From the NCBI GenBank assembly GCA_000934665.2, contig JYFJ02003378.1, forward strand, positions 1-43,151: a stretch of 43,151 nucleotides of DNA. Direction: 5' to 3'. Position numbers and translations under genes: made by a program. The notes under the pieces are model-generated. The model saw nothing but the letters and a program-made list of their open reading frames with translations. It did no database searches and was not told the DNA's origin. This DNA comes from Catajapyx aquilonaris. Its lineage: Eukaryota. Shown piece by piece: positions 11,401 to 24,375 of this stretch. Within the stretch, counting starts at the first letter, position 1. Every line of letters starts with the position of its first letter.

Positions 11401-13242
11401 CCCTGTTTTCTCTCACTCACTGTGGTTAGTCAGAAAGAAACACGAGTGCCCTGCCTTGGTCTCAAGGCCAAGTTTGACTTGTATCAGTACAAGCGTTATG
11501 ATCTCCTGCCCAGTCCTACATCTCAAACATAAGTGTCCTTGGGATTCCAAGTGTCACCAAAATTTGAGGGTGCTGTCACACTTTCCACGTCTGTGTTATC
11601 TTTAAACGTAATGCTTGCACTTGTAGCCTGACTCTTGGAGAGTGCATACCCTGACCCACTTTTCTCCTGCTGACAAGGCCAAGGTTACCATATGGAACTG
11701 AATTAATCATCATTTTGCTCCTTCAAATTACTGCTTAATAATTATAATTGCCTTTCCTCCTTGTCTGAAAGCAACTAAAATTCGCACTTCTTTTTGTTTC
11801 GCTTGTGTCCCTTACCTCAGCATCTGCCAGCCTCTGTGGTAGCCCAACGACGAACACTAGGTTCCGCTGGACAACCCTGACATTGGCAAGCAGGCGGCGG
11901 TTCTCAGTGAGCTTCTGCTTCCTCTGCGAGTCCCTGTGCCTCTTTTCTGCCTTCAAACGCACTATTTCCTCCTGGGTCAAGGGCTTGAAGTCTGCCGGAT
12001 TTTCAGGATATTGCTTGCGACACGCTGGACACAGGCCGTTCTCATCAGTCCGGATCCGATGCCAGCAGAAGCGACATATCTGCCAAAGAAATTGCAGACA
12101 TTGTCCTGAATTGCTCATCAAAACAATGGAGATGGCTCGGCCACACTTAAGCAGTGGCAATGATGCAGCCCCCTAGTAACCATGTTAGCCCATCCCAACC
12201 TAGGGAACAAAGGAACATAATTTGACCCTGCCCTATTGTTTCTTATCAGACACTTGTTCTCATTACTAATGAAACTTGGCACTTCTTCGAAACTTGTGCC
12301 TTGCTCATGCACTGATACCACAAGGCGTAGCCATCTGCAATGAACTTAAAATGGCTGTACCAAAGGACAGTGCATTTTCATTGCGCTGAAATGCCTGATT
12401 TTCCCCGAGTACAACTACCCTTGCTGAATCCTGTCATTCATCACACAGTACTGGATACCTTCGCATTGTATGGCCATCCAATCCGCACACGTTGAAGAGC
12501 AATACAACAGACTCCTGCACAAGCCCAAGGCTGTTTCGTGTAACATCTCCGCCTCACACTGGCCACTTGATGATTCTTCTACGCACAATTCACAATGGTT
12601 CCAGATTCTCAGTACTGTTAACTTGTCAACAAACATTTAGGCTCCGATGTTAGCCTTGAACCTGACCCAACTCTCACAATGAGCTAAAACCAATCCATTT
12701 CCTTTGACAGGAGTAAATGAACTTCTGCACAAGCTGCTGACCACATGGTTTTAATGGTCAAAAACAGCCATCAAATGTGTGGTAAACTAGCCATAAGGAG
12801 AGACATTAAAAGTTTCGCTGCCAGCTGAGTCATGCACCTCTTCTGGTAGGTCCAGTGCTTCCAAGTAACAACGCCTGTCAGTTAAGAAGCCAATATCCAA
12901 ATTAACAACTTATTTAATTAACTTAATAATCCTAATAATACTGCCGTTATAATATGAAGCCACTGAACAGGCTCACACTTGCAACGGCCATCATTGCCAA
13001 TGTTTCTTTAAATAAGGAAAAAGTGCTGCCCATTCCACACAAAAGAGACTCCGTCTCGCTGAAAGGAATTCCTAGGGATAATCACTGCTATGCACTTGCG
13101 CATCAGGCAAGAACAAAAGTGTCAGAATTCGTACCTGGTACCCGCACGTGCATGGGAAGAAGCTGAGGTCGTCCACCTCGAGTGGCTCCATGCACAAGGG
13201 ACACTCCACCTGCTCCTCTCCACTCTGGTTCATAACGGACAT
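5490..13242 (-). CDS. CNOT4: CCR4-NOT subunit 4 (RING E3 ligase with RRM and C3H zinc finger), ~1030 aa
   Basis: Exons 13242-13135 (CPLCMEPLEVDD..CTCGYQ), 12079-11816 (ICRFCWHRIRTDENGLCPACRK..VRVVQRNLVFVVGL), 10707-10431 (YFGKFGKIHKVV..ASLGTTKYC..CMYLHE), 10358-10241, 8288-7468, 7146-6580 (DWQAAFGF, DDLGFDPFHETQKALAEIMEKE), 6501-6034, 5959-5490. All splice phases are compatible; the extreme C-terminus is less certain. Confidence 0.95.
8414..9337 (-). mobile_element. Non-autonomous mariner element with a degenerate transposase and extended inverted ends
   Basis: TA target duplication (8412-8413 and 9338-9339); TIRs cgaggggagttcataaagtt / aactttatgaacgcccctcg; frameshifted transposase fragments DECWVCYYD, PHLPYSPDLAP and WEKCVAL. 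Confidence 0.9.
9529..9962. mobile_element. Fold-back MITE with ~200 bp imperfect inverted arms and CAGGG...CCCTG termini
   Basis: cagggagcata...tatgctccctg; internal blocks such as tctctctgtttatagggcgttgccaaggctggc recur inverted; flanks gcaacgc / tcaacgc suggest a 7 bp TSD with one mismatch. Confidence 0.8.
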
Positions 13243-14965
13243 TATGTCTTCGCCTATCTTTGCTTCTTTCTCTTGTCAAGCTCCACTTGAAAAACTGCGC
13301 TGCTGCTGCTGCTGCTGCTCCCAAGCGAGAGAGTGTCGTTCCAAAAAAAAATACGCTCGAGCAAAATCAGTCCACCTGAAAAAAGAAGCGGGTGTGAAAT
13401 GCAAAATTATTGGCAGAAGGGCAATCCTGCAGCACTATTTTGGGAAGTGACATGCATGCAACCAGCTTTTTTTTTTTCTTTTTGTAAAGCCCATCAAAAC
13501 CTGTTCTCTTAGACTTTCAGGCATTAGCAATATGCACACAGGTGACTCAGAGAATTATCACTAATACAATACACAGCTTCCTTATTTAAAAATAGTATCA
13601 AAAAATCTCAAGGTTGGCAGGAAATAAACAAACTACAACAACTGGAATGACCAGTAAATCCTGCAGAATAAGCCAGCAGAAAGTGAACAAAAATAATTTT
13701 AAAATCACCAGTGACACTTCCTATTCCGTGCTAATGGACCAACTGTTGACCCTCAAACAATGACACTTTGGGGGGGGGAAAAATCAGTGGTTTACAAAAT
13801 ATGAGACAAAATCCGAGTTTTCATGACTACAAGTTTCGGAGCCTCTGAATGAAAACTGCAGGTCGGAAAATGTTCCAGGATATTCATTCTGTCCTACTCA
13901 TTAACTCCAGAAGATTCGCCATTCATACACCATATGTCATAGCAGTGTAAGGTGCAAGTTACATATATTTGCCTACAACCAAGGCCCGACTTTCTAGCGT
14001 GACAAAATAATGCGACAATAATCAGATCCACTTTCCTGAATTGTAGCTAACAAGGCACTATCTCAAGACGATGATATTATTCAGGCTTTGTGCAAAGCAG
14101 CTCACGATGCAATTATCACGTCGCTTACACTGACACCGTCAAAGGTGTGCAAAGCACGCCCTTGTCCCTTGCAGTCTGGTCACTACTCCAGTCCACATCA
14201 CTTGAATTTAACCGCACTCGATAGTCACTTGACCAAACAGCAGTATAATTATTCACTACTATCTTAACAACATTGATAACGTGGCCAAAATTAACTCTGC
14301 CCTCTTGGGCCTGTCACTTTCCAACATGAAGCGCACACTGCACCATTTCCACACCCTGAGGGTTGCACCACGTCAAGAATTCTGTGAATTAGCCCGATTG
14401 TCACCGTCCTAGGCAAGCCAGTGCCTGGTTCCAATTGTAACAGATTGTCCCATTGTGAGCACGCGATTCACAGAAATGAAATCTACATAATTTCCCCCTA
14501 ACAATTAGCAAGTCTTCACCCACCGTACATCTGGCCTAATCACCTTATCACGGTTATCACATTGCGACAAAACATGTCAAGAATGGAAATTTCCCCCTTT
14601 GCTGACCACGTCTGTCGCACTGCATTCCAAAATTGAATCTGCAATGACAAAAATATTACAAACTACTCGTCGCTAATGACAAAAGGACGCTGTCAACCTT
14701 TGTTTTTCCACGATTTGAGTCATGGCCACGGCCAGCACCATCATGTGTCATTTCACATTCTGACAAAACGGCGAACCCATGGGACAAGTGGCGTCCGAGT
14801 TATATCGGAAAAGCAAAATGTGTTTGCATCAGGTTTCTTTTGGCTCTCCTGTAAAATTATGCAGATGATGAATTCATCATGTTAGCGACGTACTATCCGC
14901 CATCAAGCGTGATGTTACAGGCCTATGACAGGAGTAAATGGGGTAAATCACTCGTGAAGTCCGCT

Positions 14966-15075
14966 GTACGGTATAAGGCGCCAAGTCCGGCTATTCCGTG
15001 GTACGGTATAAGGCGCCAAGTCCGGCTTTTCCGTTGTACGGTATACGGCGCCAAGTCCGGCTTTTCCATTGTACG
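14966..15075. repeat. Minisatellite, 3 x 35 bp (gtacggtataaggcgccaagtccggctwttccrtk), in the inferred CNOT4 5' UTR intron
   Basis: Units at 14966-15000, 15001-15035 and 15036-15070, with no spacers. Confidence 0.9.
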
Positions 15076-15859
15076 TAAAAAGCGTCCATTGTACGCTCAA
15101 CTGCCGAGTGATTTACTCAAATTTTCCTGTAGGCACCTTGTTTCCATTCTGTGTCCGTCCGTGGATAGGCCACAGGCTGACCTTATCGACTAACGCACTT
15201 CCCTGGCTGTTCTCTAACCAGCGGGCTGTCACTTCCTACGGGTCAAACCTGCCTCTATCCGCACCTACTAGTGTACAGCCCACATGGTTCCGTCCAGCCC
15301 TAACCGCACACCTAATGTGTTCCGTCCAAACAGCAGGACAATGTTTAAAAAAAAAAGTTATTGTCCCTTCTCACCAGTGTTTCCTTTTTTGCTACCACTG
15401 GTCCTGTTGGTAGTGTGTCCTGATGGAAGGCAACCCCCGAACAACAAACACTGCACCAACAAAACAACAAGAAGGTGTAGAGAGAAAGACGAGGTGGAGG
15501 GGGGGAAAGAGCTAGGCTTCGAAAATATGAAAAAAGAGGAGGGGAGAAGTTGTAGAACTTGACGGGTGGTTCGAACAACCCTACTCGAAGTAAAAGCAAG
15601 GGGGATGTCCAGCCAATGTCTGGTATACGTAGGAATGGGACAAAGGCCCTACGACAGGGAAAAAAAAGAACTTTTTTCGGATTAGAATTTAGAATCGGGT
15701 GTAACTGCAGCGATTTTGTTGGTGGTGGTGGAGGGGGGTAGGAGGGGGTAGGGGGTAGGGGGAAACCTTTCTGTCGTTCTACTGGTGGGAGGAGGAGGAC
15801 TGTGGAGGGGAGGGGAGGGACTGGGGAGGAGGTGCGCACTGGTGCACTGCGCATAGTCA

Positions 15860-16070
15860 CCCGGATGGAGGTGATGGGGCGCAGCTGGTGACAACTGAAG
15901 GGCGCAGTGCGGCACAAAAGGCGGACATGTTGGGTCCAATTGGAACGTCCAGTCAATTTATTTAAAACAAACACACACACACACGAATTATATATTTAAT
16001 ATCATAATTAAATGCAGGATTTTGATTCAAATTGGACGCCATTGTGTCATACCGACCCGCCATTTGGGGT
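15860..16070 (-). promoter_or_regulatory. Probable CNOT4 non-coding first exon and TSS region
   Basis: CpG-containing region with a donor-like CGG|GTGACT near 15861 and AAATGGCG motifs; the acceptor for the ATG-containing exon is at 13376-13377. Confidence 0.4.
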
Positions 16071-16826
16071 CCCACAATCAAATGGAATAAAAATTTTCAA
16101 GATATTGCACAAATGTACTGCCCAGAATTATTTCAATGCCTGAGACCGCATCAGACAGTACTGCGCTACCGGTCACAACAATCATAATTGCATTTAAATT
16201 ATGCGTGGATATGGACAACAATGTGAAACCACTCACTGGCACAACGCACGGTCGTCACCAACAGAGTGGACCGTACAGCCCGTACTTCAATTTTGAGGGA
16301 AAAGGAGATGTTGTCTCACCTGCATCACGCGTTCCTATGTATTCCAAAAAAATATTATTTGGAGGGTCAAAAGGACCGGCGTGTTTACATTGACGACAGA
16401 GCCGGTGTACCAGTCTCCATGGGGATCGGCAGCTTTCATCCCGTGTTCCAAATAACGCTCTGAAAACTACTACTGGCCTAGCTCATTTGCAAAACCGCCG
16501 AAGTAAATTTTTGCAAACAAGAGTTATATATTTAAAAAAAGGCATCTTCACAGAGTAAAATATACTGTATTTTTAATCAAGGGTCATACATAATACCTAC
16601 AGTATTACAAATGCAGACACCCAAAATTGTCAAACGGGGTTGTCAATGCGACAAAATATCAATTCTAAACTATTCTACAGTCAGGACAAGTCCTTCGGGA
16701 CCATAAATAATAACGTTCTTCGAACTGGCGTTCATGCAAATTCAAGAGAGAAAAAAAATAACAACGCAAGGGAGGAATGATGACAAACCGTCTGTTTTAC
16801 AAAAACCACCGACGCCCCTTTTTGAG

Positions 16827-19800
16827 CTAAGACGGCCGGCTGACGTTAGCCTGGCTTGTGAGTAACACCACTTGCTGTGGCTGATTCCCAGCCGTTGTCC
16901 GATTGGCCTGGGCTGCGTTGAGAGTAGCAGTCTGCGCCTCATTCAAAAGATAGATCGCACCGTTGGGCAACACAACACCCACACGCCTTTCGTGGTTCTC
17001 CGTCTGGATATGGATCATGTTCACACGCGTGGAGCCTGGAGTGCCAGGCTGCAGCGGTGCTCCTTGGGGAATCACCAGAGATTTCAAGGCATTGGCTGAT
17101 GCACTAGTTACATTCACTGCTGGTGTACCTGCGCTGGTAGCACCAGGGAGCACAATGGTCTTGACAGGAGTCGGTGATCGAACTGCTGTGGCGTTGGTGA
17201 AGTGAAAGGTGGAACCTGCACTAGGTGATGCGGAAGAAACCTGAACGGCAGGGGACACTGGTGAGGCAGGCATTGATGCCCTAACCATGATTGATCTCAC
17301 GGGGGTGCTTGATAACATCGGTGACACTACTGTTGTCACTAGTGGCGACACAGGCGTAGTTGGTGTCGCGGTGGGCACTGGTCTCGGAGGAGTAGCTGGT
17401 AAAACTGTCACGGCAGGCTTAGTTGTCTGTGTGGTCACTGGTAACTTCGGCTGCTCCTCCGCTGTATCCGCCACCTCCTCCACAGCACCCACTTCTTCAG
17501 TAGCACCCACGTCTGTGGGCATCTCAGGTAATGAAGCGTCATCCCAGTCAGATGGATCAATTCCGGCACTGCTCATTGCACACTCCAGAACCGAAGCAGA
17601 TTTGGAAGGGGTGCTTACGGGAGTCTGGGACGAGCTGTTAGCAACACTAGACACGACACCAGTACTACGAACGTTAATTGTGCTTGTAATGACTGAGTTA
17701 TTGCTAACAGCCTGAGGAGTAACTCTCGCTGCAAGAGCAGGTACTGACCTTGCAGGAGTGCCTATGCGTATTGTATTCGGAGTACTGGTGACAGTGGCTA
17801 GTGAGGTGCCAAAGCGGATGGTGCCTGGGGTACTGAAGGTGCTGGTGGCAACAGGAGTGCTGAACTGAATCGGTCCTGTAGTACTGGCAGCATTTCCGAT
17901 ATGTATGATGCTGGGGGTACCACCAATGCTAGCAACTGGATTGCCTATGTGGATGGCACCTGGGGTACTGCTAGTGACGTAACGAATGGTGCCTGGGGTG
18001 GTGACGGTAGAAGACACTGGCGTGCCTATGTGTATGACTCCTGTTGTACTGGTAGCAGCTGTTGAGCCAATGTGAATAATTGAACTAGGTGTTGTTGTAC
18101 TGGTGGGTGGGCCTATGCGTATCACAGAACTTGGAGTTCCGGGACTCGTTGAGAGAGGGCTACTGACGCGGATGACACCTGATGAGCCAGTGACCCCAGG
18201 CCTTACGAAAGTCAGCCTGTTTTTGGCTTCACCACCGCCCAGGTTGGCCAGCAGCCTGGGTCCCACTGACTGCACTGCTTTGGCTGCCTGCTCCCCAACT
18301 ATTTTGATCAGGAAAGGTTTCCCTTCATTATTCTTCGCTGGGATGTAGTACGTCGGCGTTTTGGCAGGCTGCATGCCGTTGCTCTGAGCAGTGCTGAAAA
18401 CTTTGGCACCCTCTTGCAGAACATCTTTAAGGAGGGAACCTGGCTGGGATGCTAATTTCGCTTCAACATTTGGTTTGAGACCGGTTGAAGCTATAATCCT
18501 TATTGGCGAAGCTTGTGGGCTGGACAAAGTCGGGACTGACGTTGTGACGGTGGTTCCACTTGTGATGGCAGTGGCAGTAGAACTTGCTACAACGGTTGCA
18601 GTGGTTGTGATGGCAGGAGCTGTTGTGATGACAGTACCAGTGGTGGTGGTGGTGGTACCAGCTGAAGCCATCCGCTGCCTCAGGAGCAACTCTCGGACAA
18701 GCTGCTGTGGAGTCTGAGCTGCTCCCCCTGCACCAACTGCTCCGGTAAGTCCGGCACCAGTTAATGCGCTCCGAGGAACCATGATAGTCCTGGTGCCGGT
18801 GGTCGGAAAGCCTGCGGTTGTAGTCACTGGAACCAGGGTAGGCTGACCATTCGCGTCATTGCGGATCATGTAGATCACTCTTTGGGCAGGAGCCAACTTT
18901 GGAGGTATCTTCCCTGCCATCTGATAAGAGAGGAAATCAGTTAAAATGCAGTTCAATTCCAATGACATACACTAGCACAAGTAATATTACCGGAGTGGAG
19001 GGGCGTTTGGCAGGTTTCTGATGCAAGTTGTTGACACCATTGCTTCCAACCTTGTTTGGTGACTTTTTATTCTTAAGTTGTTGCTGCTGCTGCTGTTGCT
19101 GCTGCTCCGCCTTCATCTTCTTCATCTTCCGCTTGGACCAAGAGCTCAGCTCAAACGTGTCTGAGGAGTCATTGCTGTCCTCATCCCAGTCAATCACTTT
19201 CCGATTTTCCTTTGCCTTCCTCTTCCTCAGCCTTCTTGCATACAGCCCTCCTCCTTCTGGCTCCTCATCTTCCTCTTTGGGCGCTTCCTCATCTACGGGC
19301 AGCACCGAGTTCAGTGGCGGTGGCTCCTCCACCACCTCCTTTTTGGCCACTGGTTCAATAGGAGCTACCACCCCATCCTCATCATCTGCCTCAAACGTCC
19401 TGCACCACACCTCCTCGGCTGGGTCAGGCTTCCGCGAGTCTCTTTTGTTGTAGTCCTCATATTCACGGTACAGTTTGCACCTCAGTCGACGTGTAGCAGC
19501 AGCCAGCTTGGCCTCCCAAGGCTCCAGCTCTTGCAGGAGGTTTTCCAGCGAGCGCTCAAGATGGGCCTCGCAGCGGGGACGACGCCACTTATCATCCTGT
19601 GAGCAATTTTTGGAAATTGTGACATCATTACCGACTAAAGCTTGCATTACTTACCTCATGAAGGTAAGATGGCCTCTCTCGGCTGGAAACCTGGAACTTC
19701 TCCAGGAATATCCGAAGCCCATCCACTGAGTCCACCACCAGCTGAAAGTGTCCCCTGCCTGGTTCCAAAGTCATCCCCATTCCTTCCTCCTCCTTGACGA

Positions 19801-22800
19801 CCTCCTCCTCAGTTGCCTCCTTGACGGCCGTACCCTTCTCCTCCACAGTTGAAACCACCCTGTCCAGAATGGAGTCCATGATGTCCAGTGCCATCATGCC
19901 AGGTCCATCAATCTCCAGGGTCGGACTGGCATCATCGACAGCTTCCCCTTCCTCCTCGTCCCTGTCCTTCTTCCTCCGCTTGTGCTTCTTCTTTTTCTTC
20001 TTCTTTCGCTTCTTTTCTTCCCCGCCATCACCTTCTGACACCACTGACTCGTCACTCTTCTTCAGAAGCTTCCTCATCTGCAGTCTGGTTAGCCTCCCTC
20101 CTTTTGATTCAACTTCCCATGCCGCAGCTGCCTCCTTCTCCTTTTCCTCCTCCTCGTCTTCATCATCCCTGCCTTCCTCCTCGTCGTCCTCTTCCTCACT
20201 CTCCTCCTTCCTCTTCCGCTTCCTGCGCCTCCCTGCCCTGCTCTTTCTCCGAGCCTCCTCCTCCTCTGCCTCTTCCTCATCCAGACCCTCTCTGTTTTCA
20301 ACCCACCGTGACTGTCTGTATATCCTGAGATCCTGCCCACAGAACTGCGGAAAGTGCAGGTACAAGTTCTCATGCCTGTCTGTCCCCAAAATGTACGATC
20401 GCTGATCGGCCAGTGGTTGCTCAGCAACTGACTCCGCAATTGTCTTGTGCTTATGCTGAAGGAGAAGAAAAAAAGGTCATAATTACTGCCAGTTTCATTT
20501 GCTCCTAACATTTTCCACCTGTTTACAAAAGTGGGTGTGAGCCCACAATCACAAGCAATCAAGCATAGCATTTACTTTGTACGTATGATGATAAAGAGAG
20601 AGATAAAAATGGTTTGGATAAGAGCATCACATAATATTGAATATACTTTTCCAAAATAAAATTTAAAAATGCATTTATCCCTATTGATGTTAACCTTGCA
20701 ACATAACGCATGCCCTCTGTTTACATCTTATATGCTTCCGTCTGTGCTTGCCATGACAGACGCCATTACACCAGACGTGTCCTTGAGCACACGTGGAACA
20801 TGAATATTGCTTTGCTACGTGCAAATTTGTATCCACATTTCCACGTAACATAATATTGTAATGTGTCTGTCAACTTGGAATATAATAGAACCTACAATCT
20901 TTGCTTACAGTCATGAAAATACAGTGTACTACTGGACACCAGTGCAATTACAAGCGAGTATTCCGCTTAAATGACCTGAGTAATGCTTGTTGTTAAAAAG
21001 ACTCACCAGTAGAAAGTCACATAGGGCCTTGAGGATCCAAACTCTTTTGTGGAAGGGAAGTTCATGGAAGGGAAACTGGTCCAGCGGATTCACTTCTCCG
21101 AGCATGTCCCACGTCATCGGCTCCAGTCCCAGGGTATCAAACATCTGTACGGAAAAAGGCGAAATTTAAAAAATGACCACCAAATAAAAATGCAAGTGGC
21201 ATCAAGTTGAACAAAGCACAAATAAAGATATATTTTTCTCCTTGCAATCATGTAATAAAATGCGACTTTATGAACCAATTCCCATTTGGCTATAACAGAC
21301 CTGGGTTATAGTAGACTGATTTCCACAGTCCCTCAAGCCTATAACCTTGAAGTCGGTTATATCCTGAGTCTACAGTGTATAGCATCATTATTCTCAAAAA
21401 TATTTTGGAGGCTCATTTCAAACTACAAAATGGTACTGTACTCCCATCGAGATGACAGTGGGAATTCAAGCAGGCCAATCCCAGTGACGTGCCGCTCTGG
21501 TAAAAAATCCACCAACCCACCTTCTGCTTATCTCGGTTCTCCTTATAGTAGATGCGGTACCAGGAACGGAATTTGCCGGCCAGCTTTCTCGTCCACACAG
21601 AGTAAGGCATCGAGGGCAGCTTGTCTAGTTTTGCACGCACATTAGGGGAGCTGCAAATTGTAATAAAACATGCCAACATGAATGTGTGCTACACAAGTAC
21701 TCGCAAAATAAATAAATAACATGTGCGTGATGCGAAAACTACTTTGGATAACTGAAAACCATGATGGAACAGTTCTTGGTTATAAATAAGACATCAGCCA
21801 TTCAGCCAAAACTACTTTGAGTGGTACAGTGGTGACAGACTAGCTTCAAATGCACTTATTAGTAGATGGGAATAATAGTGAAGGCGCTATTTTACCTAAG
21901 CAGAGCAGTCATGAGCATGGAGAGAGTCCTGGACGCCTGTGGCATAAGAAGAATCCTCTCCAACTCAAACTGAGGCACTTCATTGATGTTCAGGGCCTTA
22001 AGCGTGATAAAGATGAAGTGGCCTATCTGCGGGAGCTGGAAAATAATGCGAAATTTGGATAAGCCTTAAAACATGCGAAAAATGGAAAGAGAACCAAGGA
22101 GTGCAACTCACCTCCCACATCAGCCTCATCTGCGACAAGATTGGCTCCTTAAGCAAGGTTTCCTCCCAGGTAAGAATCTCCTTTTCCTTATCCTCTCGCT
22201 GCTGCCTCTTCATATCCTGCTGCTTCTTCTTGCTCTCTCGATCCCTCTCTGCCCTGTTATCACGTACTCTGTACAGCACATGTGAGAAGAAGCTCAGGTC
22301 CTGAGTCGATGACCTGGATGACCTCCGCCTGTGCTTATGCTGCTGGCTGTGGGCTTCTGCCTCTGATTCAATTGGCAATCCAGATGTTGCCTCCAAGGTA
22401 CACTTGGCACGGAGGTCACTGCAATGAATGTGGCATAATGATAAAGAGGATCCCAAAATAAGGGTAAAAATATTATTCAAATGATGTACAGGATTTAAGA
22501 AGAATTATTAATCTTCAATGTAAAATTTCCTAAATTATCCTCCCTGTCCTGGATGTGGTGGCATTCAAAAGGAGCGTGTTTGGAAACTCACATGGGCAAG
22601 AGGGCCAGCTTCTGCTCCATGATCTGCTCCAGCCTCAGTCCCTTCTTGGTCCGGCTGTGATATGGGCCAAAGTAGCGGTAGCAGTTCTCCAGCATCAGGC
22701 GGAGGTCAGACACCAGCACAGTGAGGTCAGCATACTGACCAGAAACCAACTTGGACTTGACTGCCATTTCAGGAAAAAAAAGTTGTACAAAATTACATCC

Positions 22801-23924
22801 AGTTTAACTTAAAATGTTCCTGAAGGTACTTGGAGAATTTTTTCTATCAAGGCGTCACTTTTGGGCACACAATAACTACTGATATGTGACGATGGCTAAG
22901 TGTTTATTGCACCATCCACACGAAATTCCATGTGTGCTACAAGATTAGAGAACACATAACGAGTGTTTATTCATTCGGGCAAAAATTCCAGGCAGCATTT
23001 TTTTCGAAGATGGACCGGGTTGTGATTAAGCCAATGCTACTTTATGTTGCAAAGAGCTGCCAACATTATAAATCAGATTACCCCACGAAGAGTGTGAGGA
23101 ACTTTCTACAGCAGTGTTCGCAAAAATTTCCACTTTGTAACGTTTCTTCGAGCCATAAATAGTATTGCTTTATCCAACTGGAATCAAGTAACTGACTTAC
23201 TCTTGCTGAGCCCGATGGGCTTGACGACAACGTCTTTGTAATCAGGGAGGTCCTCTCTTCCAGAATCCTCCATAAAAATCCAGTTGAAGCTCCGGTTGGA
23301 TTCTGCCATCAGGTCAGCCAGGATTCGGAAGCCATGCTGCAGTTCTGGGCTCAAGTCCTCTGGGACAGGTTCGGGTTCTTGCTTGGATCCTGGAGGCCAA
23401 GGGCCACCCACCCTGGGACTGGGGCTGCCCCTAAGGCCACCCATGGGCCACCAGCCATCACCCATTATATCCAACTCACTTGTCTTCTCCTCATCATCAT
23501 CATCATCATCCACTTCATCTTCCTCTTCTTCCAATTCCTCTTGCCCTTCTCGTGTTCCGTGTTCTTCCTGCACTTGTTCTTCTTGTGCGGCTAGTTCCTC
23601 CTCCACTTGTTCTTCTTGAACAACTAGTTCTTCCTGCACTTGTTCTTCTTGTGCGGCTAGTTCCTCCTCCACTTGTTCTTCTTGAACAACTAGTTCTTCC
23701 TGCACTTGTTCTTCTTGTGCATCTGGTTCTTCCTGCACTGGTTCTTCTTGCGTGCCTTGTTCTTCCTGCACTTGCTCTTCTTCTTCCTCCTCCTCCTCCT
23801 TTTGAACGTCAGTCTCAACTTCCATCTCAACCACACCGCACTCAAAGTCTTCTATAATGTCGCCCAAGGGCTCACCCAGGGGCCTCTCCTCCACCTCAAT
23901 CATTTCTCCTCCTCCACAATCCAT
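16827..23924 (-). CDS. BRD10: KIAA2026/BRD10-like protein (atypical bromodomain, DDT, WHIM/WSD-like, long Thr/Ser/Pro-rich tail), ~1700 aa, 9 coding exons
   Basis: Exons 23924-23201, 22760-22592 (SDLRLMLENCYRYFG..LEQIMEQKLALL), 22418-22112, 22035-21896 (WELPQIGHF..FELERILLMPQ across the junction), 21650-21521, 21144-21007, 20455-19655 (LGTDRHENLYLHFPQFCGQDLRIY), 19596-18991, 18920-16827. Phases are consistent and the motifs match recalled KIAA2026 sequence. Confidence 0.85.
23561..23780 (-). repeat. Coding tandem repeat with a 33 bp unit (QEEQVQEELVV / QEEQVEEELAA) and an exact 66 bp higher-order duplication
   Basis: Visible in both DNA and protein of the first BRD10-like coding exon. Confidence 0.9.
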
Positions 23925-24227
23925 CACTGGTTCATGTTACTGCGAAGATCAAGAAAAGTCAGTCAGTACAGCACATTATAAACACATTTTTTTCACACAT
24001 TGTAAAGTACATCCCCACTTCACCTTAATTAAGCTTCGCATTGCTCGCCACCATAAGCATCAACTGAAAGGTTTCATTGCCCATTTATTGCCTTCCATTT
24101 ACTTGGTGATGCAGCATGTATGCAACGGGATTTAAGTTTACCTAGCTTATTTCATAGAGGAAGTTGCAGCCCATGATCAACCAAAACTTCACTGTAGCTA
24201 ACCGTAAATCTTTGCCCTACTGTACTA

Positions 24228-24375
24228 TTAACCACAAAAGTAATGTCGCATTGTTATGTGATGGCGTGCGCGACGTGCTGCTTATCATGGGCGTTGCCAA
24301 GTTACGGATGTTAATTTGGCAATATTCTGGAATCCACAACTGACGCTAACAGTGCGACGTTACTTTTGCGGTTAA
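24228..24375. mobile_element. Small MITE with ~25-30 bp TIRs, flanked by TTAA (piggyBac-like termini)
   Basis: ttaa|ccacaaaagtaatgtcgcattgtta ... taacagtgcgacgttacttttgcgg|ttaa. Confidence 0.6.

Noticed and set aside
14966..15075. CRISPR-like 35 bp repeats
   Set aside because: Contiguous tandem units with no spacers, no cas genes, and a eukaryotic context.
19028..20405. Plus-strand poly-C/S/F ORFs
   Set aside because: Antisense to Glu/Lys/Gln-rich BRD10-like exons.
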